Shown one piece after another: positions 25,555 to 35,902 of a DNA stretch of 64,000 nt (positions within the stretch are counted from its first letter, which is position 1; every line of letters begins with the position of its first letter). The position numbers and the translations under genes are program-made. The DNA comes from Gemmatimonadaceae bacterium (GTDB lineage: Bacteria > Gemmatimonadota > Gemmatimonadetes > Gemmatimonadales > Gemmatimonadaceae). The notes beneath the pieces were generated by a model. It saw only the letters and a list, made by a program, of their open reading frames with translations. It did not search any database and was not told the DNA's origin. The stretch is taken from NCBI GenBank assembly GCA_024710705.1, contig JANJUF010000056.1, positions 10,582 to 74,581 on the forward strand. Direction: 5' to 3'.

Positions 25555-27323
25555 ACGTCTGTGGGTGTGGGGACGGTGAGGTCCCCGGTGTCGTACGCCC
25601 GCTTGGCGAGGGCGCGCAGGCGGTCATCCTGATTGCGCTCGATGGCGCGAATGGCGCGTCGGGCGCGGCGCATGGACATCGGGATGAAGATCCGGGCGGC
25701 GTCGAGGTCGTCCTTGGCCCCGTCCACGCCGTGCTTCTGGATGGCGCTGGTGACGCGCGAGAGCACGGCGGTGCTGAGGTAGATGTCGATCGCGGCGTTG
25801 GCCATCCGCTCCTGGATCATCTGGCGCTCGATGATGTCCTTGCCGTGCTCGATGAGGGCCTTCTCGACCGAGAGCGCGAGGTCGTGGATGGCGGTGGCGA
25901 CGGCGTCGGCCTCGTCGTCCAGCTCCTCGTGCACCTTGGTGAAGTTCACCTTGGTGAGCGTGCGCTTGGCGCGCCCGGTGACGTAGCTGGAGATGGCGCC
26001 GATGTTCTTGAGGGGATTCTTGAACGCCTTGCCGACCTGCTTGAGCTCCTCGCCGGGCTGCTGCAGGCCCATGAGCGCGATGAGCGCCCGCAGGATCTCG
26101 TTGGTGCCCTCGAAGATCATGTTGATGCGCGAGTCGCGGATGGCGCGCTCGTAGTGGAACTCCTTGGAGTAGCCGATGCCGCCGGCCATCTGCATGGTGT
26201 CGGAGGCGGTGCGCCAGGCGAGCTCCGAGGCATACACCTTGCAGGCCGCGGTCTCGAGCGAGAAGTCCACGCCGCCGCGGTCCACCATGCCGGCGCAGAG
26301 CATCCAGCCGGCGTCCGAGGCGTAGCAGTCGGCGGCGGCGAGCGCGACCTTGCGCTGCATCATCTCGAAGCTGCCGATCGGGCGGCCGAACTGATGCCGC
26401 TCCTTGATGTAGGCAATCGAGTGTTTCATCATCTCGCGCGTGCCGCGGGAGGAGCCGGCGGCCAGGCCGAGGCGGCCGGAGTTGAGGATCTCGAGGGCGA
26501 TCTTGAAGCCGGCGCCGACGTCGCCGAGCCGGTCCTCCACCGGAACCTGCACGTTCTCGAAGGTGATGCTGCGCGTGTCGCTGGCCTTGATCCCCATCTT
26601 CTCCTCAATCTTGCCGAGCGAGATGCCGGGGGCGTGGGCGTCCACGATGAAGGCGGTCACGCGCTGCTTCTGCTTGCCGTCCACCATCACCGGCACCTTG
26701 GCGAAGACCGTCAACACGCCGGCGTACCCGGCGTTGGAGATCCACATCTTGGTGCCGTTCAGCGTGTACAACTTGCCGTCCTCGCTCGGGACGGCCGTGG
26801 CGAGCATGGCCTGGGCGTCGGAGCCCGAGCCGGGCTCGGTGAGGCAGAAGGCGCCGATCAGCTCGCCGCTGGCGCAGCGCGGGAGCCAGCGCTGTTTCTG
26901 GTCCTCCGTGCCGAAGAGGATGATGCCCTTGATGCCGATGCTCTGGTGCGCGCCGAAGTACACGGCCAGCGCCGCGTCCACCGCGCCCACCTCGCCGAAG
27001 ATGCGCGAGAAGACCATCGTGCTGGCGCCGAATCCGCCGTAGGCCTCGGGGATGTTGAGGCCCATCAGGCCGAGCTCGGCCATGCCCTGACGCACCTCGG
27101 GCGTGAACTTGCCGTCGTGGTCCATCTTGGCCGAGTCCACGGTGTCCGCCGCCCAGGAGCGGAAGGAATCGAGGATCTGGGTGAGGGTCTCCTTCTCCTC
27201 GGCGCTGGGCTCGGGGAAGGGGAAGACGAGGTCTTCGAGGATCTCGCCCTGAAAGACGCCCCGGGTAAACGAGGGGTTCTTGTCGGGGTCGGCGAGGTGC
27301 GGGGTGTGCTGCTGGGCGCTCAT
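25551..27323 (-). CDS. Acyl-CoA dehydrogenase (VLCAD/ACAD9-like)
   Basis: FCLTEPGSGSDA, GTKMWISN, IFEGTNEILR, long C-terminal extension. Confidence 0.93.
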   Translation of the reverse strand: MSAQQHTPHLADPDKNPSFTRGVFQGEILEDLVFPFPEPSAEEKETLTQILDSFRSWAADTVDSAKMDHDGKFTPEVRQGMAELGLMGLNIPEAYGGFGASTMVFSRIFGEVGAVDAALAVYFGAHQSIGIKGIILFGTEDQKQRWLPRCASGELIGAFCLTEPGSGSDAQAMLATAVPSEDGKLYTLNGTKMWISNAGYAGVLTVFAKVPVMVDGKQKQRVTAFIVDAHAPGISLGKIEEKMGIKASDTRSITFENVQVPVEDRLGDVGAGFKIALEILNSGRLGLAAGSSRGTREMMKHSIAYIKERHQFGRPIGSFEMMQRKVALAAADCYASDAGWMLCAGMVDRGGVDFSLETAACKVYASELAWRTASDTMQMAGGIGYSKEFHYERAIRDSRINMIFEGTNEILRALIALMGLQQPGEELKQVGKAFKNPLKNIGAISSYVTGRAKRTLTKVNFTKVHEELDDEADAVATAIHDLALSVEKALIEHGKDIIERQMIQERMANAAIDIYLSTAVLSRVTSAIQKHGVDGAKDDLDAARIFIPMSMRRARRAIRAIERNQDDRLRALAKRAYDTGDLTVPTPTDV

Positions 27324-27406
27324 GGGTCCGTCGCAGGGCTAGGGATGCCATCAAATCTAGCGGCGCGGAGGGTTGCCTTGCCGGGGTGCAGGGTCGAAGT
27401 TGCGAA

Positions 27407-29008
27407 ATGCCCCTGCTGAGACCGCTTCTGCTCCTCCTGTTGGCGCCGCTAACGCTGGCCGCCCAGGTCCTCTCACGCCCCGCCGCGGCGACAGCGGCCG
27501 GCCAGTCCGATTCGGTTCCTCAGGTCGTGGTGGACTCGGCCTCGCCGCGTGCGGCGCTGCAGGGATTCCTGACCGCGACGCGGGTGGGCGACTTCGGGCG
27601 GGCGGCCGCCTGGCTCGACCTCAGCTATCCCGAGACGGCCGACCGGGCGCCGGAACTGGCGCGCCGGCTGAAGTCGGTGCTCGACTCCAAGCTCTGGCTC
27701 GACCTCGAGCGGGTGTCGCCGCGGGCGACCGGCGCACTCGACGACGGGCTTCCGGCGGACCGCGAGCAACTCGGCCTCATCCGCACGGCCGATGGGCGCG
27801 AGGTGGCGATTCGATTGGCGAGAGTCGCGGTGGACGGCGAGCGGCGCTGGGTGTTCTCGCCGACGACGCTGGCGCAGGTGGACGCCCTGTACGCCGAGCT
27901 CCCGGACAACTGGATTCGGGAGCACCTGCCGGCGGCGCTCCTGCGGGCCGGTCCTTTCGACATCCTGTACTGGCAGTGGATCGCCTTGTTCGTGCTGATC
28001 CCGGCGGCGCTGTTCGTGGGGCTGACACTGGGCCCCCTGACGCGGGGGTTGCTGCGCAAGCTGACCGCGCGGACGGAGGTCGAGTTCGACGACCAGCTCG
28101 TGGCCGCGGCGCGCGGCCCGATCGTGCTGTTCTGGTCGGTGGTGGCCTCGCGCGTGTTGCTCCGGTGGGTGGCGTTGGCAGCGCCGGCGCAGGCCTTCAT
28201 CGTGGAACTGCAGAAGGCACTGCTCATCGTGGCCGTGTTCTGGATGCTGCTCAAGGCCATCGGCGTCCTGCAGGTCACGTTGCCGAGTGCCAAGTGGAGC
28301 GAGACGCATCCGGCGCTGCGCTCGCTGGTGCCGCTGGGGGCCCGCATCGCGCGGCTGATCGTCTTCGCCGCAGCCGTGCTCACGGTGATCTCGCAGTTCG
28401 GCTACCCGATCGCGACGATTCTCGCCGGCCTCGGCATCGGCGGTATCGCCATCGCGCTGGGCGCGCAGAAATCGCTGGAGCACTTCTTCGGCTCGATCAG
28501 CATCGGCGTGGACCAGCCGTTCCGCGTCGGCGATTGGGTGAACGCCAGCGGGACCGAAGGCGAGATCGAAGCCATCGGCCTCCGTTCGACGCGGATCCGG
28601 ACAATCAACCGCACCGTGGTGTCCATCCCGAACGGACAGCTGGCGGAGTCGCGCACGGAGAACTTCGGCCAGCGCGACCGCATCCGGTTCAGCACGGTGG
28701 TCGGGGTGGAGTACGGCACCACGGCGGCGCAGTTGCGGGCCATCCGCGACGGCATCGAGGCGGTGCTGCGGGCGCATCCGAAGACCTGGCCGGATCGCGT
28801 GCAGGTGGCCTTCTCGAACTTCGGGGCCTACTCGCTCGACATCGAACTATTCTGCTGGATTCAGACCACCGCGATTGACGAGTTCCGCACGATTCGGCAG
28901 GAGCTGATGTTCCGGATCATGGAGGTCGTCGAGCAGAACGGTGCCAGCTTCGCGTTCCCGACGCAGACGCTGCATCTGGCGCGGGGCGGCGAGCCGAATC
29001 GTCCGTGA
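27407..29008 (+). CDS. MscS family mechanosensitive channel with periplasmic N-domain
   Basis: Signal peptide; SPRAAL..FL; AGLGIGGIAIALGAQ; PFRVGDW; IGLRSTRIRT; FAFPT. Confidence 0.92.
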   Translation: MPLLRPLLLLLLAPLTLAAQVLSRPAAATAAGQSDSVPQVVVDSASPRAALQGFLTATRVGDFGRAAAWLDLSYPETADRAPELARRLKSVLDSKLWLDLERVSPRATGALDDGLPADREQLGLIRTADGREVAIRLARVAVDGERRWVFSPTTLAQVDALYAELPDNWIREHLPAALLRAGPFDILYWQWIALFVLIPAALFVGLTLGPLTRGLLRKLTARTEVEFDDQLVAAARGPIVLFWSVVASRVLLRWVALAAPAQAFIVELQKALLIVAVFWMLLKAIGVLQVTLPSAKWSETHPALRSLVPLGARIARLIVFAAAVLTVISQFGYPIATILAGLGIGGIAIALGAQKSLEHFFGSISIGVDQPFRVGDWVNASGTEGEIEAIGLRSTRIRTINRTVVSIPNGQLAESRTENFGQRDRIRFSTVVGVEYGTTAAQLRAIRDGIEAVLRAHPKTWPDRVQVAFSNFGAYSLDIELFCWIQTTAIDEFRTIRQELMFRIMEVVEQNGASFAFPTQTLHLARGGEPNRP

Positions 29009-29024
29009 GCGTCGGCGCCGCAGG

Positions 29025-29609
29025 TCAGCCGTTGTACACCAGCCCGCCGAGCGCCCGGTACCGCTCGAGCACCGCGCGCCCTTCGTCGCGCAGCACGCCT
29101 TCGACAATCACGACCCCACGGGCCCGAAGATAGGCAAACGACTCGGCGAACACCGGCCCTTCGTCAAAGCCGATGGCGATGGCGTCGTCGCGCGACGCAG
29201 CGATCACCACGCGGCTGACTCCGCTCCAGAGCGTGGCACCGAGGCACATCGCGCAGGGCTCGCAGCTGGTGAAGAGCTCGTGCGCGGGATGGCCGTCGGC
29301 GGCCAAGGTGTACGAGGCGATGCGCTTCTGCGCGAGCTGATAGGCCACCATCTCGGCATGCAGCGTGCAGTTGTTGAGCCGCACCACGGAGTTAACGCCG
29401 ACGCTGATGAGGCGGCCCGTGCCGCGTTCGAACACCGCCGCACCGAAGGGCCCGCCGGTGCCGCGCTCCACGTTCTCGTGCGCCAACCGGATCGCGAGGC
29501 GCATCCGCTCTTCGTCGCGCTCGTAGGGAACCGTGAAGTCCACCGCGTCGCGGACCCAGGCCGGGAGCGACACGGTCGCTTCATCCACGGGCGGCCGATC
29601 CCAGCGCAC
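29025..29609 (-). CDS. Zn-dependent nucleoside/nucleobase deaminase (guanine deaminase-like)
   Basis: GGPFGA, HAE, SCEPCAMC, GFDEG. Confidence 0.9.
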   Translation of the reverse strand: MRWDRPPVDEATVSLPAWVRDAVDFTVPYERDEERMRLAIRLAHENVERGTGGPFGAAVFERGTGRLISVGVNSVVRLNNCTLHAEMVAYQLAQKRIASYTLAADGHPAHELFTSCEPCAMCLGATLWSGVSRVVIAASRDDAIAIGFDEGPVFAESFAYLRARGVVIVEGVLRDEGRAVLERYRALGGLVYNG

Positions 29610-29611
29610 CG

Positions 29612-30757
29612 TCAGTCCCGGAACGGCGCGACGAGCGAGTCGTCGCCCTTGAGGACGAGGCGCGCGGCGCCGCGCCCGAGGACCGCACCGATGAGGTTGC
29701 CCGTGCCGCTGTAGGCACCGAGCACCGTCACCCCGCCGCCGAGGGTCTCGAGGAGCGGAAGTCCCGTGTCGGTAAAGGCCACCGATGCGGCCCAGCGGTG
29801 CGTGATCTCGCCCCGCACACCGAGCCGCTCGCGGACGGTCCGCGTGAGATACTCCTGCACCTTCGCGCTGGGGCTGTCATCGGTGGTCCATTCGTCCTCG
29901 AGCACGAGGTCGCGGCCGCCGCCGAGGAGGACGCTGCCATCGGGAAGCTGCTGCCAGTAGTCGAAGCCGTAGCGCGTGGAGACCGGACGCGGAAAGCGCA
30001 GGGGAAGCTCCGGCGCGGTGGCGAGCATCTGGAGGCGGGCCGTGCGCACGGATGACAGCAGTTCGGGAAACAACCGTTCCAGCTTGCCGTCCACGCAGAC
30101 GATCACGTGCCGCGCCGTGATGGTCTGCGACTCGGTCCGCACCCGACCTGGCTCGATGCTCGTGGCGGGCGTCCCCCCGAACAGACGGGCGCCACGCTCC
30201 CGAAGGGCCGTGGCGAGCATCCGGCAGCGTCGCAGCGGCTGCATCACGCCGTCGGTGGGGAAGAGGAGTCCCGTGCCCTCGGGACCCTCGTAGCGCTCCA
30301 CCGGGAGTCCGTCGGCACGCATGGCGTCGTACTGGCGCGCGCAGTCGTCGCGCTCGCCCGCGTCGGCGGCGATCCGCAGCGAGCCGGTGATGCGGACCAC
30401 GCCCGGCGTCTCGCGCGCGATCCGATCCCGCTCCTGTTCCGTCAGCGCGGTGATCGCTAAAGTGCGGTCGCGACCAAGCCGCTCGATGGCGTCGTGGTGG
30501 AAGTCCACGGGGCCTCCCAGCAGCAGGCCGCCGTTGCGTCCGGCCGCGCCGGCGCCGACGTCGTGCCTGTCGATCCCGACAACGGATGCCACGCCCAGTG
30601 CCAAGGCCTCGCTGATGCAGGAGAGCCCAGATCCGCCGAGTCCGACGACGCAGAGTTCGACGTCGAGGTCCTCGGACAACGGCGGGAGGGGAGCCCAGTC
30701 GTGGTCGTCCCAGCGTGGGCGATTGGCGGAAGGGGAGGTCACCTCGGGAGTATGCAC
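29612..30757 (-). CDS. FAD-dependent oxidoreductase (DAO family)
   Basis: VVGLGGSG, GAAGRNGG, YSGTG; start uncertain. Confidence 0.85.
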   Translation of the reverse strand: MHTPEVTSPSANRPRWDDHDWAPLPPLSEDLDVELCVVGLGGSGLSCISEALALGVASVVGIDRHDVGAGAAGRNGGLLLGGPVDFHHDAIERLGRDRTLAITALTEQERDRIARETPGVVRITGSLRIAADAGERDDCARQYDAMRADGLPVERYEGPEGTGLLFPTDGVMQPLRRCRMLATALRERGARLFGGTPATSIEPGRVRTESQTITARHVIVCVDGKLERLFPELLSSVRTARLQMLATAPELPLRFPRPVSTRYGFDYWQQLPDGSVLLGGGRDLVLEDEWTTDDSPSAKVQEYLTRTVRERLGVRGEITHRWAASVAFTDTGLPLLETLGGGVTVLGAYSGTGNLIGAVLGRGAARLVLKGDDSLVAPFRD

Positions 30758-30864
30758 TCCCGCTCGCGCCGGACGCTACCGCGCGCGGGCGCCAGCACCC
30801 ATCTTGGAAGCTGACTGCGCGCCCCTCCCCTGGCGGGCCTCCCCCTCACGTTCCGTGGTGCACC

Positions 30865-32151
30865 GTGGCCAGTACGATCCTCCTGCTCGGCCTGCTCTAC
30901 TTTGTCGCCCACTTCCTGTCGAACACCTTCGACCGGTCGAAGATTCCGGACGTGCTCGTCCTGATCGTCATCGGTATCCTCGCGGGCCCGGTGTTCGGTT
31001 GGACGTCGCCCGATTCGTTCGGGAATGTCGGACGCGTGTTGACGACGGTGGCGCTGGCGGTGATCCTCTTCGAGAGCGGCACGACGCTGAACGTGGGCGA
31101 CATCGTGCGCTCGGCGCGGTCAACGGTGCAGGTGACGTTGGTGACGGCCGGCCTCACCATCGCGGTGGTCGGCCTGCTCACCTGGTTGGTGCTCGACATC
31201 GGCTTCATGGCGGCGCTGTTGATGGGCACGATTGCCTCGGGGACTTCGGCCGCAGTGGTGATTCCGATGGTCAAGGTGCTGAAGATCAAGGAGCGCGCGG
31301 GGACGGTGATGATCCTCGAGTCGGCGCTCACCGACGTGACCTGTATCGTGTTCACCTTCGCGGTGCTCAACGCCGCGCTGCAGGGCGAGGTGCACGTGGG
31401 GCTGATGCTGGGACAGACGCTGTCGTCGCTAGTGTTCGCCGCGGTGATCGGCGTGGCCGGCGGCATCGGGTGGCTGCTGATCTGGGAGAAGGTGCGGGAG
31501 TTCCCGACGACGACGTTCACGACGCTGGCCTCGGCCTTCGTGCTCTACGGCCTTGCCGAGCTGTTGGGGTTCGCGGGCGCCATCGCCGTGTTGGCCTACG
31601 GCATCACGCTGTCCAACCACGAACACTTCGGCCTCAGCAAGTGGTTCAAGGGCCGGCCGTTCTCGGGCGTGACCCCGCTCGAATCCGACTTCTACAAGGA
31701 GATCGTCTTCCTGCTGAAGACGTTCTTCTTCGTGTATCTCGGCATCTCCATGCAGTTCGCCGATTCACGGCTCTTCGCGCTGGCGGTGGCGCTGATGCTA
31801 CTGTTGATCGGGCTCCGGGCGGGGCTGATGCCGTACATCCTGCCGCGCACCATCGCCCGGCGTGAGGCCGCGGTGATTGCGGTGATGATTCCCAAAGGAC
31901 TCGCGGCGGCGGTGCTGGCGGGGCTGCCGCTGGAGCAAGGGATTCCCGGCGGGGAGGTCATCCAGTCCACGATCTACGCGATCGTCCTCGTGAGCATCTC
32001 GCTGACGGCGCTGCTGGTGACGGTGAAGGACTCGCCGCTGATGCGCCCGGCGTTCGAGCGCGTGCTTCGCGACTTCCCCGAGGAGCAGCCGGACATGCGT
32101 CCCACGCCGTCGAAGGGCATGCCGCCCGTTTCGCCTCCGGCCACCGACTGA
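30865..32151 (+). CDS. Cation:proton antiporter (CPA1/NhaP-like)
   Basis: About 12 TM helices; ILFESG, TSAAVVIP, LESALTD, PKGLAAAVLA; GTG 30865. Confidence 0.88.
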   Translation: MASTILLLGLLYFVAHFLSNTFDRSKIPDVLVLIVIGILAGPVFGWTSPDSFGNVGRVLTTVALAVILFESGTTLNVGDIVRSARSTVQVTLVTAGLTIAVVGLLTWLVLDIGFMAALLMGTIASGTSAAVVIPMVKVLKIKERAGTVMILESALTDVTCIVFTFAVLNAALQGEVHVGLMLGQTLSSLVFAAVIGVAGGIGWLLIWEKVREFPTTTFTTLASAFVLYGLAELLGFAGAIAVLAYGITLSNHEHFGLSKWFKGRPFSGVTPLESDFYKEIVFLLKTFFFVYLGISMQFADSRLFALAVALMLLLIGLRAGLMPYILPRTIARREAAVIAVMIPKGLAAAVLAGLPLEQGIPGGEVIQSTIYAIVLVSISLTALLVTVKDSPLMRPAFERVLRDFPEEQPDMRPTPSKGMPPVSPPATD

Positions 32152-32166
32152 GCGCGCGGGGCGCGC

Positions 32167-33306
32167 TCAGCCGAGGACGCGCCGGAACACGTCCACGGCA
32201 CGCTCCATCTCGGCCATGGTGCCGATGGAAATGCGGGAGTGGTTGGTGAGGGGTGGGAAGGTGCGACCCACTTGGATCTCTTGCCGGGCGCAGGCCAGCG
32301 CGAAGTCGCCGGCTGGCCGCCGGACGTCCACCAGCACGAAGTTCGTTTGCGACGGCACCACGGTGTAGCCGGCGTCGCTGAACCAGCGGGCCGTGAAGCT
32401 GCGCGCCGCGCGATTGAGATCCTGCTCGCGCCGCATCTGCGCGCTGTCTTCGAGCGCGGCAATGGCCGCCACTTGGCCGAGCGTGCCGATGCCGTTCGGC
32501 AGACGCCACGCTTCCATCCGTCCGAGGGTGGCGGGCGCGCCGAAGGCGTAGCCGATGCGCAGCCCCGCGAGGCCGTAGATCTTGGAGAAGGTGCGCGACA
32601 CGAAGACGCGCGGCTCGGTGGCCGTGATGGGCAAGGCGCTGGCGTACGCCGGGTCGTTCACGAACTCGTGGTACGCTTCGTCCACGAGGATCACGACCTC
32701 GGGGTCGGCGGCAAGCGCGGCGCGGAGGAACGCGTCCACCGTGGCCTTGTCCAGTACGTGCCCGGTGGGATTGTTGGGATTGCAGAGGAAGACAAGGCCG
32801 GCGCCTCGGACTTCGCGCAGCATGCGCTCGGTGTCGATGCGGAGCTGGGCGTCGAGCGGGACTTCGCGCACGGCAACGCCGAGCTGCCGTGCGAACTGGG
32901 CCGGGGTCTCGAAGGTCGGGATGGCGGTGACGAGGTGCTTGCTGGGTGAGCAGAAGGCCTGGACGGCCACGCGGAGGATCTCGCCTGAACCGGAACCCAC
33001 CATGATGCGTTCTTCCGGCATGCCATTCGCCTTGGCCAGCGCCGCGATCACGCGACGCTCGAGACTCGCCGGATAGAACGCACTCTCGTGCATCGCCGAG
33101 TGGATGGCCCGGATCGCTGCCGGCACCGGTCCGTTGGGGTTCTCGTTCGAGTGCAGCCGGATCATGCCGTCGCGCAGGACACGGGCCGCGGCGGCGTCGC
33201 CGCGGGCGCCTTCGAGGCCGCGCGCGTGGATCCACGACGGGATGGCGAGCGTTCCGGCACCGCCAACGCCAAGTGCGCGGACGAACGAGCGACGGGACAG
33301 CGGCAT
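32167..33306 (-). CDS. HisC-like PLP aminotransferase with Tat signal peptide
   Basis: SRRSFV twin-Arg signal; SNENP, CNPNNPTG, DEAY, RTFSKIYGLAGLRIGY. Confidence 0.88.
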   Translation of the reverse strand: MPLSRRSFVRALGVGGAGTLAIPSWIHARGLEGARGDAAAARVLRDGMIRLHSNENPNGPVPAAIRAIHSAMHESAFYPASLERRVIAALAKANGMPEERIMVGSGSGEILRVAVQAFCSPSKHLVTAIPTFETPAQFARQLGVAVREVPLDAQLRIDTERMLREVRGAGLVFLCNPNNPTGHVLDKATVDAFLRAALAADPEVVILVDEAYHEFVNDPAYASALPITATEPRVFVSRTFSKIYGLAGLRIGYAFGAPATLGRMEAWRLPNGIGTLGQVAAIAALEDSAQMRREQDLNRAARSFTARWFSDAGYTVVPSQTNFVLVDVRRPAGDFALACARQEIQVGRTFPPLTNHSRISIGTMAEMERAVDVFRRVLG

Positions 33307-33365
33307 GCGGGCTCCGGCAAGGGGGATGCGGAGAAACTACCGCGCCAGGTTCCCCACGCCAGCGG

Positions 33366-34556
33366 TCAGCCGCGGAAGAGCTGGGGGAGGTCGCGCCAGA
33401 TCACGTATGCGCCGGCAATCGCCATGGCCCCCGTCGCGACGATGCCCGCCAGCGTCAGCGCCCGCGGTTGGCGATACGCCCCCACGATCTGCACGCGATA
33501 GGCCGCGACCAACATCGTGCCCAGCGCCAGCGGCAGGATCAGCCCGTTCAGGGTGCCGACGACCACCAGCGTTCGCACCGGACGCCCGGTGAGCACGAAG
33601 ATCACGGTGGACAGCAAGATCATCGCGATCACGGCGCGTTGCCAGTGGCGGTCAATCGCAGGATGCAGGTCGCGAAGGAAGGAGACCGACGTGTAGGCAG
33701 CGCCGACCAACGAGGTGACCGCGGCGCACCACATCACGATCCCGAAGAGCCGGAAGCCGATCGGACCGGTCGCGTGCTGGAAGACGCTGCCTGCGGGATT
33801 CGTGGGATCGAGTGCCAGCCCCTGGTGCACCACGCCGAGGGCGGCGAGGAAGAGTACGATGCGCATCACCGTGGCCACGCTGATGGCGGTGATGGCCGAC
33901 CGCGTCACCTGCGGCACCGCGCCGAGGCCGTGGACTCCGGCGTCCACCAGGCGATGCGCGCCGGCGAAGGTGATGTAGCCGCCCACAGTGCCACCGACGA
34001 TGGTGACGATGGACAGTGCATCCACCTGGAGGGGCAGCACCGCCCGCAGCGCCGCCTCGGCCACCGGCGGGGCCGAGCTCAGCGCCACGTAGAGCGTGAG
34101 CAGGATCAGCGTGAAACCGAGTGCCACCGCCAGGCGATCCATCGTGCGGCCCGCCTCCTTCACCACGAAGATCGCGATGGCGAAGGCGGCGCTGGCGATC
34201 GCGCCCGGAATCACCGGAAGACCCAGCGCGCCCTGAAGCCCGACGCCGGCCCCCGCGACATTTCCCACGTTGAAGGCCAGACCGCCAAGCGCGACCAACA
34301 CGGCCAGCATCGTGCCGAGGCGCGGGAGCACGGCATTCCCCACGCTCGTCGCGCGCAGTCCCGAGATGGTGAGCACGCGCCAGACGCTGACCTGCGCGGA
34401 GATGTCGATCAGCACGCTGACGAGGATCGCGAAGGCGAAACTCGGGCCGAGCCGCTCGGTGAAGACGGCGGTCTGGGTGAGGAACCCGGGTCCGATGGCG
34501 GAGGTCGCCATCAGGAACGCCGCGCCGATCAGGACGCCGCGGCGTCGATCAAGCAT
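33366..34556 (-). CDS. NRAMP-superfamily transporter (YcsG-like)
   Basis: GAAFLMATSAIGPGFLTQT, GGTVGGYITFAGAHRL. Confidence 0.88.
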   Translation of the reverse strand: MLDRRRGVLIGAAFLMATSAIGPGFLTQTAVFTERLGPSFAFAILVSVLIDISAQVSVWRVLTISGLRATSVGNAVLPRLGTMLAVLVALGGLAFNVGNVAGAGVGLQGALGLPVIPGAIASAAFAIAIFVVKEAGRTMDRLAVALGFTLILLTLYVALSSAPPVAEAALRAVLPLQVDALSIVTIVGGTVGGYITFAGAHRLVDAGVHGLGAVPQVTRSAITAISVATVMRIVLFLAALGVVHQGLALDPTNPAGSVFQHATGPIGFRLFGIVMWCAAVTSLVGAAYTSVSFLRDLHPAIDRHWQRAVIAMILLSTVIFVLTGRPVRTLVVVGTLNGLILPLALGTMLVAAYRVQIVGAYRQPRALTLAGIVATGAMAIAGAYVIWRDLPQLFRG

Positions 34557-35902
34557 CCGATCCCCCAGGTGACGAGTGCGGCGAGCAACGAGAGCAGGAA
34601 GGGCGTTTCGAGGCCCCCGATGGACGCTGCAAGGTAGCCCACCAGTCCCATCACGAGGGTGGCGGCCGCCGTGCGCGCCGAGCCCAGCCCGGTGAAGAGC
34701 GCGAAGAGCGTGGTGACGACGACGCCTGCACTTCCCAACGAGGATGCCAACTCCACCAGCGCGAACACGCCTTCTGCCGATAGGGCGATGGCGAGGGCAA
34801 TGATCCCGAATGCCAGCACGCCGCCGCGGGCGACGCGGACCTTGGTGCGCTCGTCAACTGCGCGCAGGTGCGGAATGATGAGATTGTGCGAGAGGAGTCC
34901 CGACGACGCCAGCAGGGTGGAGTCCACCGTCGAGAGGATCGCCGAGACGAGCCCGCCAGTGAAGAGCGCAAAGGCGAGGGGCGGCAGGAGGTCGCGGGCG
35001 ACGGTCGGCAGCAACTGCTCGGCGTTGGCCAGTGGGCCCACGAGCGGGGCGGCGAGTAGCGCGATCAGCACCGGGATCGACCCGACGACGAGATAGAGAC
35101 CGCCCGCACCGAACGTGGAGCGCTGGGCGACCTCGCCGGAACGCGCGGCGAGCACCCGGCCGATCACCTCGATGGACACGAGCGATCCAAGCATCGGAAT
35201 CGCCCACGCTTCGAGGGTGAGATACCAGGGTCCGGCCTCGGCCAGCGACAGCGAGATGCGCTCGCTGGCCATGAGCGTGGCGACCGCCTCGCCGGGACCG
35301 CCAACCCGCAGCACGACCAGTGCGAGCATGATGACGAGTCCGAGGGAGAGCACGGCCCCCTGCACGACGTCCGTGATGGCATCGGCGAGGAGTCCGCCGA
35401 AGGCCGTGTAGGCGATGACGAACAGGGCGGCGATGCCGATGCCGACCGAGATGTCGACATCCCCCACGAGGGCGACCACCGAGCCGAAGGCGCGGATTTG
35501 CGCCGCCGCCCACAGCACCGACGGGGGAATCAGGAGAATCGCCACCAGGCGTTCCACGCCAGCGCCGAATCGCACGCGGTAGAGGTCGGCGAGCGTGGTG
35601 AGACCGCGTTTCCAGAGCGGCTTCGCGAGGAGCAGTCCGACGAGCACCAAGCACAGGCCATAGCCGAAGGGCTCGGCTGAGCTGAGCGAGAGGCCGTGCT
35701 CGAACACCTGGCCCGCGGAACCGATCACCGATTCGGCGCCGAACCAGGTTGCGAATATCGATGTGGTCGCGAGGAGGTAGCCGAAGCGTCGTCCGCCGAC
35801 GAGGTAATCATCCTCGGTGGCGATGCGGCGAGAGACCCAGACACCGATGCCAAACTGCAGGAGAAGGAATCCGAACAACGCCGCCAGGGATGCGCTCATC
35901 AC
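34529..35902 (-). CDS. Sodium:solute symporter family protein
   Basis: DYLVGGR, FATWFGAES, YTAFGGL, SAILSTVDS. Confidence 0.9.
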   Translation of the reverse strand: MMSASLAALFGFLLLQFGIGVWVSRRIATEDDYLVGGRRFGYLLATTSIFATWFGAESVIGSAGQVFEHGLSLSSAEPFGYGLCLVLVGLLLAKPLWKRGLTTLADLYRVRFGAGVERLVAILLIPPSVLWAAAQIRAFGSVVALVGDVDISVGIGIAALFVIAYTAFGGLLADAITDVVQGAVLSLGLVIMLALVVLRVGGPGEAVATLMASERISLSLAEAGPWYLTLEAWAIPMLGSLVSIEVIGRVLAARSGEVAQRSTFGAGGLYLVVGSIPVLIALLAAPLVGPLANAEQLLPTVARDLLPPLAFALFTGGLVSAILSTVDSTLLASSGLLSHNLIIPHLRAVDERTKVRVARGGVLAFGIIALAIALSAEGVFALVELASSLGSAGVVVTTLFALFTGLGSARTAAATLVMGLVGYLAASIGGLETPFLLSLLAALVTWGIGCLIDAAAS

